A stretch of 64,000 bases of DNA, from contig OZ336893.1 in assembly GCA_965287045.1 (NCBI GenBank), forward strand, positions 21,700,001 through 21,764,000, given 5' to 3'. The DNA comes from Carcharhinus amblyrhynchos. Its lineage: Eukaryota. This document shows, piece after piece, positions 1 to 12,257 of this stretch (positions are counted from its first letter, which is position 1; every line of letters starts with the position of its first letter). The notes beneath the pieces were generated by a model. That model was not told the DNA's origin. It did not search any database and was given only the letters and a program-made list of their open reading frames with translations. The translations under genes were made by a program, and so were the position numbers.

Positions 1-654
1 TGCTCCCATCTCAATTCCCTCACCTGCCACTCAATGATTTTCCAGGGCTTTTTTTTACCCACTTCTGATGCTCAATTTTCCAATAGCTTCATGTCCTTCT
101 CAAGAATCCATCAACTGACTGTTCACAAATACAAGCTTTTCAGCACTAACACTGGCCACTTTGTGCCTCTGACTGAGCAGCTGGGTTCATCTCTCACAAC
201 TGCTGACCATTATCATTCGTGGTTCCCCTCAGTGTTCACCATTGCTGCTATCCAACATGTCCCAGGCACTCTATTTCCCATGCCTCTGGATTGAAAATCT
301 CAAACTGTGGCTCTGATGACCATTAAAGAGTTTTTTAATGATCCCAGCAATCTGTTAACTGGAGACAGCAGGTTGCTGGCTACCCCTTTCTCCAGTACTC
401 ACTCATTGCTCCCGGCACTCCCCCCACCCCCCAACACAAAGCACTCACTCCCTCTATTGGCACCCACCCCCGCAGACCTTCCCCCTCCCCAACAAACACT
501 CACTGGCCCCTCCACACCCTATTATTCAAGCCCCCCTCCTCTCATTGATGCATTAATCCTCTTCCCACACTCACTCCCACTGCCCCAGCACTACTCCCCC
601 ACACTCGCTCCCCTCCTCCCCTTAACATTTACCCATGAATTGGATCATATTCCA

Positions 655-745
655 GAGTTATAGAGCAATACAGCATGGAAACAGGCCCTTCGGCCCAACC
701 AGTTCATGCTGGCCACTGTACCCTCCCAGCTTGTCCCAGTTTGGA
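655..745 (-). mobile_element. CR1/HER1-type LINE 3' tail fragment
   Basis: tagagcaatacagcatggaaacaggcccttcggcccaa is the reverse complement of the CR1 3' end also seen at 6340-6382 and 20505-20543. Confidence 0.6.
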
Positions 746-1146
746 ATACGGCCATGCAATCTGAACTTGTGATTTCTGAAGCACGCAACTTGGACTCCTG
801 GGGCACTTACTCAATACTCCTTACTCCAAAAGAACTCCTTGAGTTAGTACTTGGCATCCGCGGTCTCCAGCGAATGTCTTGCCCATTCTATTGGTACTTC
901 CTCCAGGCCCCTTTATTCTCTCATTCAATTACCTTTACTTCACAAATATCATCCTTAGCATTACTCAGAATTCTGGGATAAATACATTAAACTCTGGAGA
1001 TCTATTGGTTTTAAGTCCTATCAGCTTGCCTGAGACTCAATTCATTTACATCTAAGTCCAGAATTAGCCTTGCTACCTTTCTGGGGATGGGCCCTGTCAC
1101 TTGTTCATAGCAGAAGGTTTGCATTTTATGGGGTGGGACCTGTAAA

Positions 1147-1435
1147 AGAATCATAGATCGCTACAGTGCAGAAGGTGGCCATTCAGCCCATTGAGTCTGA
1201 ACCGACAAAAATCCCACCCAGGCCCTGTCCCCATAACCCTATGCATTTACCCTAACTCGTCCCCCGACACTAAGGGGCAATTTAGCATGGCCAACCCACA
1301 CATCTGGAAAGAAACCAGAGCACCGTGCAGACACAGGGAGAATTGCAAACTCCACACAGACAGTGATCCAAGCTGGGAATTGAACCTGGGTCCCTGGCAC
1401 TGAGACAGCAGTGCTAACCACTGTGCCACCATGCC
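1147..1435 (-). mobile_element. HE1-type V-SINE (tRNA head, V domain, CR1-like tail)
   Basis: Minus strand has A-box tggcacagtggttagc, B-box ggttcaattcc, V domain (gtgtggagtttgca...tctccctgtgtctgc) and a tctatgattct tail. Confidence 0.9.
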
Positions 1436-2498
1436 TGACATGCCAAGTACAGTTTATAAAAGCCAGGACTATCTACAGACATGTTATTTGGAGGGATAGG
1501 AGATCTATTTTTGGTTCGTATGTGATTATGTTGCCTGATTTGGATAGTTGAATAATAAGTGGGAGCTTTAGAATTGAGTATGCTGACTTCCCAGAAATCC
1601 CAGGATTTCATTCTTGTGGAGTTTTTGATTACAAGGAACAGGCTAGGTCCATAAAACAGGTCAGTGCAGTCAGCTGTGGTGGATGGAGACAGCTGATAAC
1701 ATTTAGGGCAGGATTTTCCCAGCCCGATGGAGATGGGTTCCAGTGCATATGGTGATGGAAAATCCCAGGAACCAAGCTTGGGATTTTGCTTGCAGCTATT
1801 GTCCACATTGAGTGGTGTTTAACATGTGATAGGAATGTGTGTAACTGGAAAAAGTCATGACTCCCTGACTATCCTGTAGCTTTCTGTGAAGATGCAACTA
1901 TAATCCCAGATAGATTTTCCAAGGTTGGGAACTCATGGTGGAGGTGGTGCCTCGCAGTCACCAAATATGCAACAGCCAATGCCAAGAAATGTTAAGTTTC
2001 TGACTCACTGCATTCTATACAATCTGCACACAATTACTCAACTGCTTATGTTACAGCTGATTAATGGTGGTGGCTACTCATTAATGGACCATATAATTAT
2101 TGCATGTTGCTCTTTATTTGTGTGTGTGTCATGAGAAAATAAATTACATGAAAAAAAACACAGATGTGTAATTTTTATTAATTGAACAAAAAGGAGAATT
2201 CCATGGAAATTTAATTGTGTACCATGCTGGAGGCATTTTTGTTAAAGCTGGGTACCGTACAAAGCAGCAAAGGATCTACCCATGTCAGCTATTTTATCAC
2301 AATTGCAGAGAATACCTGGATCTTATTGAGCTTTCCAGATAATTTCATAGTTACAAATTCATCCTTTCTTAGATGGACACAAGTCAGGATTGCTACAGTT
2401 CACATCAGCGCATAGTTAGAGTGGCACAGTAAACCATCCAGGGTTCCCACTCCCTGGTCTGTATTGAGTGGTGCCTACCTGGAATCATGTTTACGTAG

Positions 2499-2812
2499 TC
2501 AAAAACAGAAAATGCTGGAAAATCTCAGCAGGTCTGACAGCATCTGTGGGGAGAGAGTAGAGCCAACATTTTGAATCTGGACGGCTCATTGTCAGAGCTA
2601 AGAGCAAAGAAAATTGGAGGAGATTTATATAATGAGGGTGGGGTGGGGGTGGGGGTGGCTGTAATAGGACAAAGGGAATATAAATGATAGTGAAGAAGGC
2701 TGAAAAAAATGCTAAAAGTGTCCACTACTACTGTGCTGTCGGACTGCACTTCCAACATCCAATCTTTGACGGCTTACACTTTCCTCCAATTGGATATAGG
2801 GAAAACCAAAGC
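2499..2812. mobile_element. Penelope-like element remnant (inverted terminal segment plus possible GIY-YIG relic)
   Basis: aaaacagaaaatgctggaaaatctcagcaggtctgacagcatctgtgg matches the arm at 27606; atagggaaaaccaaa resembles the YIGET(K) motif. Confidence 0.6.
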
Positions 2813-2899
2813 CATTTTATTTTTTGCCTCACTACAAATAGTATCCTTGCCATTGAATCCCGGCCACTGTTTCAACTAAACCAGGTTATTTACAAACCC

Positions 2900-3070
2900 T
2901 TGTCAACCACAAACTGAATGTCCCACTCTACCTTCTCTATTATAAAGGCTGTCGCCTTCCAGCTCTGCAACATTGTACACATCTGTCTTACCTCAGCCCT
3001 TCTACCTCTGGATCCTTGACCAGCTGTTTTAATTGCCCTACTTGGTAACTTTAATGTTCTCTTGGTCCAC
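2900..3070 (+). mobile_element. Old L2-type LINE fragment
   Basis: gccttccagctctgcaacattgtacacatctgtcttacctcagc resembles the L2 RT C-terminal AYFHLRNIARLRPxLS motif; followed by (CAT)n at ~3081-3107. Confidence 0.4.
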
Positions 3071-3158
3071 CGCCCATCATTCATCATCATCATCATCATC
3101 AACATCATAATATGTTGCCTAATTTTGAAATTTGACGGTGGCACTTCATTTTTTTTTC

Positions 3159-3946
3159 TGTTAGGGTCCCAGACCCAAACTCTAAGGTATATTGTGAAGC
3201 TAATCTAGACCCCAACAATTTTTCTATTTTGGCTTAAATGTGAAGATAGAATGGTTCACTCTAGGAGTAATTCCAGTGATAAGTTGTGAAGCTTTTGTCA
3301 AAAAGCTTTATTCGTAACACAGTTTAAATACAACACTAACAAAATGAAGCAGTTTAACTTATAAGAGCTGAACAATAGTGAAAAATGAAAGAAAACAGCT
3401 CCAATTTCTAACTTTTCACTATTTCAGTTCCAAATAAGCAACATTCTTCTCATAGGCTCGAATGCCACTTCAGATGCAGTTAGCAAATCCAGGCATACTT
3501 GCAATTAATTGGGTTAATACCTTTGAAGCTCTCAGAGGTTCTGATTTTCAGAGAAGCTTGTAGACTTCTGACTTTAAACAACCCCAGCCAAAAAGTGAAC
3601 TCTAATCTGAAACTAAACCAGTAACAAATCCTTGCTCCAGAGCTACAGCACCTCCCATTAACCATATGATCAATGACCCTGCATTCCTCATCAAAAACCC
3701 CAGTTTCCATTCCTTTAATCAAAAAACCCAGTGGACCTTTTTTATAAACAAGAGTCTGTTTGCTCTTCCCCTAAGCAAACACAACAGAGCAAAAATGATT
3801 AACTATCCTGCTTTGCCAGCATTTCAGCTATATTCCAACCAGACAGATCAACTGCTAGCAGAAAAAAACTGAACTTTAAAACAGTCCCCTTAAACATAAA
3901 ACATATCAATAGCCTAGTATAGTATTATCACTTTTTATGCATGACA
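3159..3946 (-). mobile_element. Possible solo LTR
   Basis: Bounded by TGTT...GACA (TG..CA), minus-strand AATAAA near 3307-3312, non-coding; no matching TSD found. Confidence 0.35.
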
Positions 3947-4424
3947 GTAATTTTTTTTTATACCATGTACACAAGATTATATTGTACTTAATTCTCAGAC
4001 GACTTCTCATTCTCTTGTCATGTTTCAGTTATCAGAATAATAATTGAAACCCAATTCATATTTTGCTCTATAGGAATGATCAGCGAGTTCAATCTCCTAC
4101 ACTATTGCTCTCTTACTATTATTAATCTGTCTAACTTTCTACGTGATCTCATTGGGAATAGAGTCTATCCAGCCAACATTTAAAACTTAGATGTTAAAAG
4201 TTAAGCTGCTTCATTTTGTTAGAGTTATATTTAAACTGTTATGAATAATCTTTTCAAGGTGTCATTGGGTTCATTTTCCAATTTTTTGATGATTTCCATG
4301 TGTCAGCACCACGTATTAATATTGATTCCATTGTGCTTTTGAATATCCTTCTCATCTTTCCTGTCCCGTTCTCTTCATTTACATCTCTTGCTATGACACT
4401 GCAGCAAGCAACCGACATCATCTA

Positions 4425-4545
4425 TAGTTGACTCTTAACTGCCTCTGAAATAGCTGAACAAGTCACTCGGATCAAGAACAATTTGGGATGGGCAATAAAT
4501 GTTAACCCAGCCAGTGAAATCCACAGCCTATAAATGAATAAAACA
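4425..4545 (+). mobile_element. 3' part of tRNA-derived SINE (family C)
   Basis: ttgactcttaactgcc...gggatgggcaataaatg...gccagtga...atgaataaaa matches the tails at 58020-58080 and 58600-58685. Confidence 0.65.
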
Positions 4546-4626
4546 AATTTGCAAAATCCAAGGCTATTGCTGGATATCTTTGGCTCCATTTGTCTATTTG
4601 GTAGAACCATATTAAAGTGGGGGGGA

Positions 4627-4966
4627 GGGGCACCGTGACACAGTAGTTAGCACTGCTGCCTCACAGCACCAGGGACCCAGGTTCAATGTCTGGTTGTGTC
4701 ACTGTCTGTGTGGAGTTTGCACATTATACCCTGAGTAGGTTTCATCTGGGTGCTCCAGTTTCCTCCCACAGTCCACAGATGTGCAGGTTAGGTGGATTGG
4801 CCATGTGACATTGCCCCTTAGGGTCTCAAGGTGTGTAGGTTAGGGAGATTAGCTATGTGTGGAGTTACAGGGATAGGGTGCGGGGAGGGGGCCTGGGTAA
4901 GATACTCGTGTCAGTGCAGACTCATTGAGTTGACAGGCCTCTTCTGCATTGTAGGAATTCTATGAT
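4627..4966 (+). mobile_element. HE1-type V-SINE
   Basis: Full head (cagtagttagcactgctgcctcacagc...ggttcaa), V domain and ctgcattgtaggaattctatga tail. Confidence 0.9.
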
Positions 4967-5204
4967 ATTTGCTTTCCTGACAGTCTGCTTATTTCCTTAT
5001 TGCATATCTAATGCAATGATGAATAAAAAGGTGCCTGGATACATCTGTGAAGTACCTCATCTTTGCTTCATTATCTGGGGATCGTGCTATTGTTGTGGCA
5101 TTGCCACACATCATTTAGATGGTTATGATGCATCAAGTCACTTGTTAAAATCTGCTACCGTATTAATCATGTCAGACACGACTTGCAACTGGTCAACAGC
5201 TGGA

Positions 5205-6402
5205 TTGCCCAGTTAGTTAGAGGGACAGGTAGTATTGAGGAAGCAGGGAAGCTGCAGAAGGACTTGGGCAGGTTAGAGAGTGGACAAAGAAGTGGCAAAT
5301 GGAATACAATGTGGGAGAGTGTGAGGTTATGCATTTATTTTCTAAATGGGAAAATGCTTAGGAAATAAGAAACACAAAGGCACTTGGGAGTTATTGTTCA
5401 AGATTCTCTTAAGGTTAACGTGCAGTCTCAGTCAGCACTTAGGAAGGCAAATGCAATGTTAGCATTCATGTCGAGAGGGCAAGAATACAAGAGCTGGGAT
5501 GTACCTTTGAGGCTGCATAAAGCTCTGGTCAGACCCCATTTGGAATATTGTGAGCAGTTTTCAGCCCCGTATCTGAGGAAGGATGTGCTTGGAAAGGGTC
5601 CAGAGGAGGTTCACAAGAATGATCCCTGAAATGAAGAGCTTGTCATATGAGGAATGGCTGAGGATTCTGGGTCTGTACTCATTGGAGTTTAGAAGGATGG
5701 GGGGGGAATCTTGTTAAACTTACAGGATGCTGCAAGGCCTGGATAGAGTGGATGTGGAGATGCTTCCATTAGTAAGAAAAATAGGACCAGAGGGCACAAC
5801 CTCAGGCTGAAGGGACAATCCTTTAAAACATAGATGAGGAGGAATTTCTCCAGAGAGTGGTGAATCAATGGAACTCTTTGTTGCACAAGGCTGTGGAGGC
5901 CAGGTCATTGAGTGTCTTTAAGACAGAGATAGGTTCTTGATTAATAAAGGATCAGGAATTATGGGGAAAGGACAAGAGAAAAATATCAACCATGATTGAA
6001 TGGCAGAGCAGATTCAATGGGCCAAGTAGCCTAATTCTGCTCCTATATAAGATGATTAGAGGTTTAGATAGGGTGGACAGTGATAGCCTTTTTCCTCGGA
6101 TGGAGAAAGCTAGCATGAGGGGGCATAGCTTTAAATTAAGGGGTGGTAGTTATAGGACAGATGTCAGAGGTAGGTTCTTTACCCAGAGGGTGGTGAGGGA
6201 TTGGAATGCCCTGCCTGCTGCAGTTGTAAATGCGCCTAGTTTGGGGGCGTTTAAGAGACCCGTGGATAGGTTTATGGATGGAAAGGGATTGGTTTAGGTT
6301 AGAGGGTCATTGCTTTTTAATTGGTCGGCGCAACATCGTGGGCCGAAGGGCCTGTTCTGTGCTGTAATGTTCTATGTTCTATATCTTATGGTCTTATGGT
6401 CT
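5205..6402 (+). mobile_element. Degenerate CR1 LINE 3' region with a second CR1 (6046-6382) nested in its tail
   Basis: Fragmentary ORF2 peptides KLQKDLGRL, KANAMLAF, LVRPHLEYC; nested copy encodes YKMIRGLDRVD...RGHSFKL...FFTQRVV..WNALP; the host tail (tcttatgg)n resumes at 6383. Confidence 0.9.
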
Positions 6403-6779
6403 AAATAAACTGGCTAGCTCCAGTAAGTGACAATGGCTTTGGGTAAAATGAGTGTCTGATGGAGGTGAATGAGAGCCTTGCTATAGGAAATGTCATCAAA
6501 ATGTATTTGAGTTAATTCCTGAATTAACCAATGACATTTGCAACTCCCAAGTTGTGATGCAATGGCAGCACTTAACAAGTCAATGAAAAAGCAACCAAGG
6601 AGAATTTCAAACCCAGCAACAGGATTCCGGTCTCTGCTGCGAGATCAAATGCTGGTTTACAGTATCTGATGATGGAACCCCAACACCTAGAGATATTGAA
6701 GGGAGGGCTATGGCTGACAGAGATCTGAAAGATCATTAAAATCCAAGACAATGAAAATGTCAACATTCAGTGTTACACT

Positions 6780-8030
6780 TTAAATGTAGATTTTGCATGG
6801 GGGGAAATATGAAGAAAGACGCAGAGGTATTGCTTCAAGGTGATGTGCTTCTCTGTTGTGAGAATGAAGACGCAAATTGTCAAGATCTTCTAGATGGATG
6901 GATTTTAGCTGCAGCTCCAATGATAAAATATAACACAGTAGGATAGGATTCCTGCTCAGCATATACATGGCAGAATGTCTTCAATATGTGGACATAATTA
7001 ACAGTAGGATTCTCTGATAACCCATTAGTCAACATTTTAACCACCCAACTGACTGAAGCCCAGCTACAGAAACATACATGTTTTGATTTTTTAAAATTTG
7101 ATTTATTATTATTATTGTTACATGTATTTGTACACATTGAAAAGTATTGTTTCTTGCGCTACATGGACAAATCATACCATTCATAGAGTACATAGGAGAG
7201 AAGGAAAGGAGAGGATGCAGAATGTAGTGTTACATTCATAGCCAGGGTATAGAGGAAGATCAACTTAATATAAGGTAGGTCCATTCAAAGATCCAATAGC
7301 AGCAGGGAAGAAGCTGTTCTTGAGTTGCTTGGTACATGAACTCAGGCTTTTGTATCTTTTTCCTGAACAGAGCCCATCTCCTAACTTCTTGATTATTGGA
7401 AGTGATCTGAACATGGGGCTGAGTAAATAAATAATTTGGTTCACTTTTAATGATGATGCAAAGAGAAACAGAGAATTACTTTTTGATTACTGCCTCTGAT
7501 CTACAAGTTGCCAGGAAATAAAGACATATAAGTCCCCCTAATAGTAAGAGAACCCAGCTGGATTACATTTTAGGGCGGAAAAGTGGAAAAACAGCATCAG
7601 GAATGTTGAAGCTTACAACTCATTTAATATCATCGGATCAAACCATACACTTTTCGCTAAAGGGCCCCAAGAACAAGCAGAGGAATGCCAGATGGCAATT
7701 TAGACTGGAGTAGATTGAATTAGGGTGGCTGCATGAAAAGCCAATTTACTATCAACATCTCAAACGGATTAGCAGAACTTTGTGATAAGAAAGAGAAAAC
7801 ACTTTCGGAGAGTGCTCCTGGGAAAAGCAGTAGCCAAAGCAGCACAAAAATAATCCCCAAGAAAGAAAATATCTCCAAGAAACCCAAACTTAAAAATCAT
7901 CTCCAAGCCAAGAGAACACTTGAAAAAACAACGCAAACACATATTGAATAATGCACATGATCAAGTTAAAGCCAAATATGCCTACGATATAGTCGGTTTG
8001 ATAGTTCCAAGGATAAAACAAGAATTAATG
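6780..8030 (+). mobile_element. Ancient RTE-clade LINE relic (AP-endonuclease C-terminal half and linker)
   Basis: Frameshifted translation at ~7524-7646 gives TYKSP-NSKRTQLDYILGRK-KWKNSIRNVEAYNSFNIIGSNH (APE DYIL and SDH motifs); ORF 7733-7951 resembles the RTE linker; split by the Rex1 insert. Confidence 0.6.
7081..7368 (-). mobile_element. Rex1/Babar LINE 3' end
   Basis: Minus strand reads SGKRYKSL...LKNSFFPAAI, typical of the Rex1 C-terminus, then a 3' UTR ending tgtaacaataataataataaatcaaa. Confidence 0.75.
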
Positions 8031-8263
8031 ACAGTATGATAACTAATCCTTCATGCAAAAAGATGAGAGAAGGGGAGAAGGAAAGTAACACTACATTCTG
8101 CATCCTCTCCTTCCACCCTTCACCCATATTCAAAATGATGAAACTTTAGCTCATCCAAGTTGTGCTGCACCAAAACCCCTTTTCATTGATCTATGTTATC
8201 TTTCTCAACACCCTAAACTTAGGTTTCTCATGCTCATATTTAAGCCCCTTCACAGCATTGCCA

Positions 8264-8550
8264 CAGCATGGTGGCACTGTGGTTAGCACTGCTGCCTCAC
8301 AGCACCAAGGATCCAGGTTCAACTCCAGGCTTGGGTCACTAAGTGCAGATGTCCACACATTCTCCCTGTGCCTGCATGGGTTTCCTCCACGTTTCCTCCC
8401 AAAGTCCAAAAGACATGCTGGTTAGGTGCATTGGTCATGCTAAATTCTCCCTCAGTGTACTTGAACAGGCACTAGAATGTGGCCATTAGGGGATTTTCAC
8501 AGTAACTTTATTGCAGCCTCCTTGTGACACCAACAATAAAATAAATAAAT
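8264..8550 (+). mobile_element. V-SINE family B (alternative, Rex1-like tail)
   Basis: HE1-like head and V domain but tail ggattttcacagtaact...cttgtgacac..aataaa. Confidence 0.85.
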
Positions 8551-8984
8551 GTTACCTTTGTAAACAATAACCTGCCTTTGCTACAATACGGTATGGTCTA
8601 CAGCATCTACTGGGACTGTTCTACATCCTTTGAATCTGAGGATTTATGAGAACCCTGCTGCAGCTGGTAGTATATTCTATGATTGTTCCCCATCAATAAT
8701 TACCTTAGTCCTGCATGAGTAATTCATGGAAACTAGAGCATCATGGAGTGAGTGTCACCTTTGCGATCATTCAAGGGAATCTCCAGACGCTGGGGGGAGG
8801 ACACAATCTTACAGGGGTCTGGCATTTTGAAATGGCTTGGTCTGCTGTCCTTATTTCATACTAAATACTTGACCATTTTTCCCATCATGCCACCGCCTCA
8901 TTTGTACACTACCACATTGTGACTGCTGTAGCTGATGCCACTGCCTACAGAATACTACTGGATTTGACAAGTTGGATTAACAGC

Positions 8985-9162
8985 AGAGTTTCTATTCCAC
9001 CTCAATCTTTTTCCTTCTTTAAGGGGCTTCTTAAAAATGGCTCAGATTAGGCCCTGATTTCTCTTGACGTGCCTCAGTGTCAAACTCTTCTTTGTGATAT
9101 GCCGTGGAGCACATAGTGACCTTTTAAGTTACTGGTGCCATATAAATACAACTTGTTGTTGC
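8985..9162 (+). mobile_element. L2-type LINE 3' tail relic
   Basis: Ends ggtgccatataaatacaacttgttgttg, the L2/DeuSINE-type terminal motif. Confidence 0.45.
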
Positions 9163-9688
9163 TGCAGATTACTAATGACTCTGTTGGAGTTTGGGGAGAA
9201 GAATCTAATGAGACAGCAGCATAACACACATACTAGTCAGAAAGGTTGGTTGGATTTTAAGATGTGTAGCAAGGTGCGGACAACGCTCAGGCTAAAGGCG
9301 CTGTTATGGTCACAACTGGCAGACTGTTTACAATCCAAGTCATTGGACTCTAAAGAGGTCCAGGGATGGAAAACAATGCAGACATAGAAAACAGAAAAGG
9401 TGCTTAAACGATGATATCCGAGCTATGAGAAGGGTTGAAGTACAGAGGAAGGAAGGTTTAAGACAGATATTACTCAAAATGTTGAAAGGTACTGTCCCCG
9501 ACAGCACGTTCAACATGGAACAAACTCTAGAACCACGGATAATGGGTTCAAGCCTGGAAGAGAAAAAATGCCCATTCAGGTTAGATTTAGTTCCTTGAAA
9601 CAAAGTGGTGAATATATGGAACAGAAATTCCAGGAAGACAGTACTGGGAAACATTAAATGAAAGTCGGATAAATTTTTGAGCAAGTTA

Positions 9689-10004
9689 GGGCAGCATGGT
9701 GACACAGTGGTCAGCACTGCTGCATCACCGTGCCAGAGACTCTGGTTCAATTCTCGAGCTGAATCACTGTCTGCTCAGAGCCTGCACGTTCTCCCTGTCT
9801 CTGAATGGATTTCCTCCGGGTGCTCCGGTTTTCTCCTTCGGTCCGAAAAACGTGCTGGTTAGGCACATTGGCCACGCTAAATTCTCCCTCAGGGTACCGA
9901 AACAGGTGCTGGAGTGTGGCAACTTGGGGATTTTCACAGCAACTTCATTGCAGTGTGAATGCAAATCCACTTGCAACAATAATAAATAGATAAATAAAAT
10001 AAAT
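9689..10004 (+). mobile_element. V-SINE family B
   Basis: Full-length head, V domain and family B tail with an A-rich end. Confidence 0.9.
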
Positions 10005-10048
10005 GACTAAAAGGTGATATTTTCATATCAGATCAGTCATGAACTCGT

Positions 10049-10243
10049 GGGATGCGATCTTCTGGCTCCTCACATTGGTGGGATCTTCTTGACCTGTTGA
10101 CGGTGCACCCCCGTCACATGTTTCCTGGCAACATGCAGTGGATCCCTTTAACAGCAGTGGGACCAGGAGATCCCACTGCTGGCCAATGGCATGTCACTCC
10201 CTTCCACAAAAAATAGCCGCAGGGAGGCCAGAGGACACCAGCC
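10049..10243. mobile_element. PIF/Harbinger-like MITE (degenerate)
   Basis: Internal inverted repeats (gtgggatcttct / ggagatcccac); interrupts the CR1 3' UTR at its ATT, retained at 10244-10246. Confidence 0.5.
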
Positions 10244-10764
10244 ATTGAAAGGCAAAGCAGACTTGATGGACCAAATGACCCACTTCTGCTCCTACTTTTT
10301 TTTGGGTTCAGCCATGTGAACTGTAGGACTTTTTTTAAGGCCTGAATCTTTGTATGTTCAATTTTATGACTACCATTAATCTAGAGTGGGAATTTGGATT
10401 GATGCATTCAGCATTTGACTAGTCACATACCATGGCTGAAGAAATATTCAATATTCTGTTGCTTAAGAGGCAATTATTTATGGAATGTTTTCTATTTTCA
10501 ACAACCTGACATTTCAAGCTACTTAGCTTAGAGCATGAGATTCAAAGGAGATAAAACAGAACTGCAACAGGTGGACAAATGTAGGTGGCAGTAGATCAAT
10601 CACATGTTATACCCCCACATGAATTTATTTCCATTAATTTCAATGATGTGACAATTCGCTCAATGTGAAGGATTTACAGATTGGTATTTGCAATGGTGAC
10701 ATTCTGACTATGGATTACAAAATTGTTACAAAGCCCTAAGACAGAACTGGCTCTAATACCTGTG

Positions 10765-11097
10765 TAAGAAGTCTCACAACACCAGGTTAAAGTCCAACAG
10801 GTTTATTTGATAGTAAACGTCACAAGTTTTCGGAACGCTGCTCCTTCGTCAGGTGAGTGGAGAGTTCTGATCAGATACAGGGCATATAAAGGCACACACA
10901 GTTTACAGAATACTGATGTGAGTCTTTACAGCATATGCCCTGTTTCTGATCAGAACTCTCTACTCACCTGACGAAGGAGCAGCGTTCCGAAAGCTTGCGG
11001 TGTTTACTATCAAATAAACTGTTGAACTTTAACCTGGTGTTGTGAGACTTCTTACCATGTTTATCCCAGTCCAACACTGGCATCTCCACATCATGAC
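10765..11097. mobile_element. Penelope-derived inverted terminal pair with target duplication
   Basis: Arms ~10764-10887 and ~10933-11055 are reverse complements; flanked by ctaatacctgtg (10753-10764) and ctaatagttgtg (11098-11109). Confidence 0.85.
10965..10999 (+). ncRNA. Minimal type I hammerhead ribozyme motif (Penelope-associated)
   Basis: cac-CTGACGA-aggagcagcgttcc-GAAA-gc-TT-gcg; a mirror copy lies on the minus strand at 10821-10856. Confidence 0.6.
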
Positions 11098-11129
11098 CTA
11101 ATAGTTGTGGTCAGGGTTGGACATGACTA

Positions 11130-11421
11130 AAGTTTTTTTTAAGTTTATTTATTAGTGTCACAAGTAAGGCTTACATTAACACTGCAATGAAGTTACTGTG
11201 AAATTCTCCTGGTCACCACACCCCAGTGCCTGTTCATATCAATGCACCTAACCAGTACATCTTTCTGAATGTGGGAGGAAACTGGAGTACCCAGAGGAAA
11301 CCCACCCAGACTCAGGGAGAATGTGCAAACTCCACATAGACAGTGACCCTAGCCAGGAATTGAACCCAGGTCCCTGACACTGAGAGGCAGCAGTGCTAAC
11401 CACTGTGCCACTGTGCTGCCC
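11130..11421 (-). mobile_element. V-SINE family B
   Basis: Reverse-complement tail tttatttattagtgtcacaag...gaagttactgtgaaa, V domain and head. Confidence 0.9.
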
Positions 11422-12257
11422 TGACAAGTGTCTGATTCATGCTGTATGTATAATGTTAGTGTAGAATCCATCTGGATATCACTGGCTGTAATCTAACACA
11501 TATTGTGAATCATAGTACTTTATGTCACGTATTATTGATCGCTGTTTTTACAGAGAAAAATAATTACAACTTTTCCTAATCATTTTTATTCAATTTTTAT
11601 GTTTTGAACTACTCATGAGAACCTTTCAACTCCCAAAGACAGACAGACAAAAAGAAAGATAGTGCTGAGTTTGGTAACTGAGGACTGTACTGAGGGTCAG
11701 TCAAGATTATTTAAACCCAGGAACTAGTCTTGACTTGCATTTTCATTTGATAAGATATTTACATTTTGTAATATTTCCAAGATAATGAAAATAATTGTCT
11801 TTTTTAAAAGTTCAGTTACTTTAAATTTTTGACCTGCCATGTATTATTAACTTTGTCTAAATTTTGCTGTTGTAGTGTCACAGTAATTCAGCTACACCCT
11901 GAGTAGTTAAAATCTGAAGCACAATCACTGTATTATTCAGAAGGTTGTTCAGTAGAAGATTTCAGCGCCAAGTCAACACCCTTCTGTGAGTTCTATGTTT
12001 ATCAGCGAAAGAATGCTCAGAGAAAATGCAGAAAGTATCCTCTTTCTATATTTCTGGCTCATTCTGGTTTGTAAAGTTGTCATGAGAATGCTTTCTTTAA
12101 AAGCATCACTCCCATGATGTGTGCCCCATTACCAGGTATACTAGCCATATTACTGCTACTCCTCCTTTGTCCCTGGCTAACATCATTTCAAGCAGTTTTC
12201 TTTTGGTCCACTTTGGCTGCACGACCAGTGAAACTAGTTGTGTGCATTTGCACATAT

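Larger units (their letters stand above)
9350..10295 (+). mobile_element. Very old CR1 3' end interrupted by a V-SINE and a MITE
   Basis: agaaccacggataatgggttcaagc (RTRGNGFK-like), gtggtgaatatatggaac (VVNIWN), and 3' UTR agatcagtcatga...gaccaaatgacccacttctgctccta. Confidence 0.55.

Noticed and set aside
307-663. Proline-rich 118-aa ORF
   Set aside because: Translation of C-rich low-complexity, probably repeat-derived DNA.
4627-4700. tRNA genes
   Set aside because: All A/B-box sequences are SINE heads continuing into V-domain or SINE bodies; no complete cloverleaf.
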